From: Eledone cirrhosa
Taxonomy: Eukaryota
Length of the DNA stretch: 64,000 nucleotides
NCBI GenBank assembly: GCA_964016885.1
Contig: OZ024743.1
Coordinates: forward strand, 145,204,001 to 145,268,000
Direction of reading: 5' to 3'
Below are positions 60,000-64,000 of this stretch, piece by piece; the first letter of the stretch is position 1, and the number at the start of each line of letters is the position of its first letter. The notes below the pieces were generated by a model, which saw only the letters and a list, made by a program, of their open reading frames with translations, was not told where the DNA came from and did no database searches. The position numbers and the translations under genes are program-made.

Positions 60000-61360
60000 G
60001 CACCACCTGGCGAAGTCTTACAAATCAATGTTTGGGCACCATGGCCCACTCGAGCAGAGAGTTATTGTTTACAGAGGCATATCCGGGTGTAGGAGGCTTA
60101 TCCGGGATTTCTTGAAGGAATTTATCCAAAGACTTCTTGAACTTGATGGGGTCTGTCTTTGCTTTGATGTGTTTTTGGTGTAATGTTAAAGAGTGCAGGG
60201 CCAATTGAGGTGAAATAATTGTGCCGTATTGTTGTTATGTGATGCGAGTGGGATTTTTGTCCTGGGCGGATAGCATGGGGCCCAAGCCTTGAGTGTACAC
60301 TAAAGATAATGCCAACATCATTTGGGCTAAGCTGATGGAATATTTTCCACATCATACAGATAATGTAGCGCTCACGGCGACGTTGAAGAGAATAAAGTTT
60401 GAGCTTTTCTAATCGACCCCAATAGTCAAGGCCTGACATGCCAACTATCTTTTTTGTAATTGACCTTTGGGGTGCTTCAACTTTCATGATACTTTGTGGG
60501 GTGACCACAGTGGACAACAGTATTCAAGGTGGGGTCGGGCAAAAGTGGAGAAGAGAAGGACAACAGTGTGGATATCTCTCGACTGGAAAGTTCTGAGAAT
60601 CCAGGAACACATTCTATTAACTTTGTTTATATGAGTGGCCCAGCTTATATTGTTGTCCACAATTACTCCCAGGTCTCTGATGTTATTGGAAGCCACCAGA
60701 ATTTCACCCGAAGGAAGAGAGTATGGTAGTTTCAGAGCATCCTTTTTTCCAAAGTGGATTAGTTCAAATTTATCCTCATTCAACAGCATATTATTCATCT
60801 CTGCCCATTAGATAACAGCCAGTAGGTCTGATTGAAGGCAAGTCCGGTCACCCATCTCATTGATGACTCTTTGGAGCTTGGAATCATCTGCGAAGATTCT
60901 GATGTTACTGTGTTTGATGATGTCAGTAATGTCATTAATGTACATGATGAAAAGAAGTGGGCCCAACACAGTGCCTTGTGGGACGCCACTGCGGACTTTG
61001 GCAGGGCTTGATTTTACTCCTTCGACTACAACATGCTGGGTTCAGCCTGTCAGGAAACATTTGATCCACTGTAGTAACCTTCCAGAGACACCAGCATTGG
61101 ATAGTTTTTTCAGTAAAATCTTATGATCAACCCTGTCGAAGGCCTAGATGACATCAGTGTTGGAGCCCTCTCCCAAGGCTCTCAAAACATCGTCAAAGTG
61201 ATGCAGGAGCTGCGTTAGGCAGCCCCTTCCATTACGGAACCCATGTTGTTTGGAGTTCAGCAGGCTATTGCTTTCAAGAAAGTGGGTTATTCGTGATCTC
61301 ACCACCCTCTCAAATACCTTGATAATATGAGAGGTGATTGAGATCTGACGGTAGTTCACT
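60000..61360 (-). pseudogene. CR1/L2-group LINE RT and 3' region (frameshifted)
   Basis: [88 protein letters not shown]. Confidence 0.9.
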
Positions 61361-61379
61361 GCATATATATATATATGTG

Positions 61380-61555
<176 letters not shown>

Positions 61556-62171
61556 TGTCAGGTCACCAGTTGGTGTTACTGGTAACATGTATCCTAGTAC
61601 AACCTGTCTCATGGTCGGGTCGTTGGCGACTAAACTGGCAACCCCACCAAGGTTTCTTGGTGAGGAGGGTGACTTTGGACATCCTGTAGGACTAAAAACA
61701 AAACCTGTCAAAGGGCAAAGGAGCTCTTAAGAGTCAATGGCCATCCAAAATCACCGGGAGAGATGACCCCTTAGCCTTTGTCAAGGCAGAATTCTAGGAG
61801 AAGGAAAACTCTGATATAACGCCTGCAACCCTGATGGTATCCAATGATGTTGACTTGTTCTTCTTTTTGGTAAATATCATATTGGTTAGGAGAGTAAATA
61901 TCATATTGGCTTTGTGCAGTGCCTTTGCTCACTATAAAAGCTTCACGGCAGAGGCATTGCTTTATATCTGGAGATCTCTCTGCACTTGTCGTCACGTGGT
62001 ACCATGGGCCCAGCACTATGTGCCAATAATTGTCACAAGTGTAGTGTTTGTACCAGAGTTTTCAAGTCGTTGGCTGGACTAAAAAGTCACACTCGTTCAG
62101 CGCATCGGTAGGAGTTCTCCTACATGGATATAAAGTAGTGGCCATACTCGAAAACGAGTTGGCAGCCACCA
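61556..62171 (+). mobile_element. ~610 bp element, copy 3
   Basis: Matches 27201-27810 with a small internal duplication (GTAAATATCATATTGG); (TA)n on both sides. Confidence 0.88.
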
Positions 62172-62206
62172 TATATATATATATATATATGTGTGTGTAT
62201 GTATAT

Positions 62207-62564
62207 CATCATTCATCATCATCATTTCATTTTGCGTCCACTTTTCCCTGCTTGCGGGGGTGGGACGGGAGCTGATTCTGGCTTGATTTCTGCAGCTGGG
62301 TGCCCTTCCTGGCGCCGACCTCGTTTGCAGTGAGTGCTGGGTGCTTTTTTGCCGTGGCGCCTCCTAGACCACTTTGCGATGGAATGATATGGACCCCGGT
62401 CCCTGTCGTCTCATTTCTGCAGCTGAGTGGGCTGGAGCGGTGTGAGGTGGAGTGCCTTGCTCGGGGGGGGGGGGGGGGGGGGGGCACATCGCCCGGTCTG
62501 GGGGTTGGGCTCGCGGCCTTTCGGTTGCGGGGCCAGTGCTCGGGCCACTGGGCCACGTGCCTCC
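62207..62564 (-). mobile_element. tRNA-derived SINE copy with extreme A-to-G (plus strand) divergence
   Basis: Aligns with 12001-12112, with a (CAT)n tail on the left. 26 of 32 comparator As are G here. Confidence 0.75.
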
Positions 62565-63097
62565 ATATATATGTGTATGTGCATATATATATATATGTAT
62601 GTATGTATATATGTATGTATATGTGTATATGTATGTATGTGTGTATGTATATACATATATATATATATGTATGTATGTGTGTATGTATGTATATATGTAT
62701 GTATGTGTATGTGTGTATATATATATGTATGTATGTATATATATATGTATGTATATATATATATATATATGTATGATTGTATATGTATATATATATGTAT
62801 GATTGTATATGTATATATATATGTATGTATGTATATATATATGTATATATATGTATATATGTATATATATGTATGTATGTATATGTATATGTATATATAT
62901 ATATGTATGTATGTATATATATATGTATATGTGTGTGTGTATGTATGTATGTATATGTATATGTGTATGTATATATATATATGTATGTATGTATATGTAT
63001 ATATGTATATATATATGTATGTATGTATATGTATATGTATGTGTGTGTATGTATGTGTGTATGTATATATGTATGTATGTATATATGTATGTATGTA
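62565..63097. repeat. Degenerate (TA)/(TATG)n microsatellite
   Basis: Seen directly. Confidence 0.95.
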
Positions 63098-63707
63098 TGT
63101 CAGGTCACCAGTTGGTGCTACTGGTAACATGTATCCCAGTACAACCTGTCTCATGGTCGGGTCGTTGGCGACTAAACTGGCAACCCCACCAAGTTTTCTT
63201 GGTGAGGAGGGTGACTTTGGACATCCTGCAGGACTAAAAACAAAACCTGTCAAAGGGCAAAGGAGCTCTTAAGAGTCAATGGCCATCCAAAATCACCGGG
63301 AGAGATGACCCCTTAGCCTTTGTCAAGGCAGAATTCTAGGAGAAGGAAAACTCTGATATAACACCTGCAACCCTGATGGTATCCAATGATGTTGACTTGT
63401 TCTTCTTTTTGGTAAATATCATCTTGGTTAAGAGAGTGGGACTGGCTTTGTGCAGTGCCTTTGCTCACTATAAAAGCTTCACGGCACAGGCATTGCTTTA
63501 TATCTGGAGATCTCTCTGCACTTGTCGTCACATGATACCATGGGCCCAGCACTATGTGTCAATAATTGTCACAAGTGTAGTGTTTGTACCAAAGTTTTCA
63601 AGTCGCTGGCTGGACTAAAAAGTCACACTCGTTCAGCGCATCGGTAGGGGTTCTCCTACATGGATATAAAGTAGTGGCCGTACTCGAAAACGAGTTGGCA
63701 GCCACCA
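63098..63707 (+). mobile_element. ~610 bp element, copy 4
   Basis: Matches 27201-27810; (TATG)n on both sides. Confidence 0.88.
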
Positions 63708-63795
63708 TGTATGTATGTATATATATATGTATGTGTGTATGTATGTATGTATATATATATGTATGTATATATATATGTATATATATATGTATGTA

Positions 63796-64000
63796 TGTAT
63801 GTATATATATATGTATGTCAGGTCACCAGTTGGTGCTACTGGTAACATGTATCCCAGTACAACCTGTCCCATGGTCGGGTCGTTGGCGACTAAACTGGCA
63901 ACCCTACCAAGGTTTCTTGGTGAGGAGGGTGACTTTGGACATGCTGCAGGACTAAAATCAAAACCTGTCAAAGGGCAAAGGAGCTCTTAAGAGTCAATGG
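63796..64000 (+). mobile_element. ~610 bp element, copy 5 (runs off the window)
   Basis: Same first 205 bp; preceded by TATG repeats. Confidence 0.88.

Overview
AT-rich animal genomic DNA made almost entirely of transposable-element debris and microsatellites. I found no host gene or exon I can support. The SINEs resemble octopus/coleoid cephalopod families (recognised from memory, not from a search). Contents: several Penelope-like retroelements (PLEs; RT plus GIY-YIG), many with an inverted copy of their own 3' end, sitting in (TA)n tracts and carrying type I hammerhead ribozymes (some with U3-A8 or U3-G8 core variants); a near-intact R4/Dong-like restriction-endonuclease LINE embedded in (CATA)n; five copies of an unnamed ~610 bp non-coding element always flanked by TA/TATG microsatellite; three mariner relics; a Helitron with a PIF1 fragment; RTE, CR1 and L1/Tx1 fragments; and tRNA-derived SINEs. 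Most unusual: (1) a SINE copy at 62207-62564 with massive one-directional A-to-G change (an ADAR-hyperedited retrocopy, or an assembly artefact); (2) the recurrent fold-back, hammerhead-bearing, (TA)n-associated PLE architecture across several unrelated families; (3) a small hammerhead-containing direct-repeat unit that looks like a retrozyme. Most ORFs in the track are microsatellite translations.
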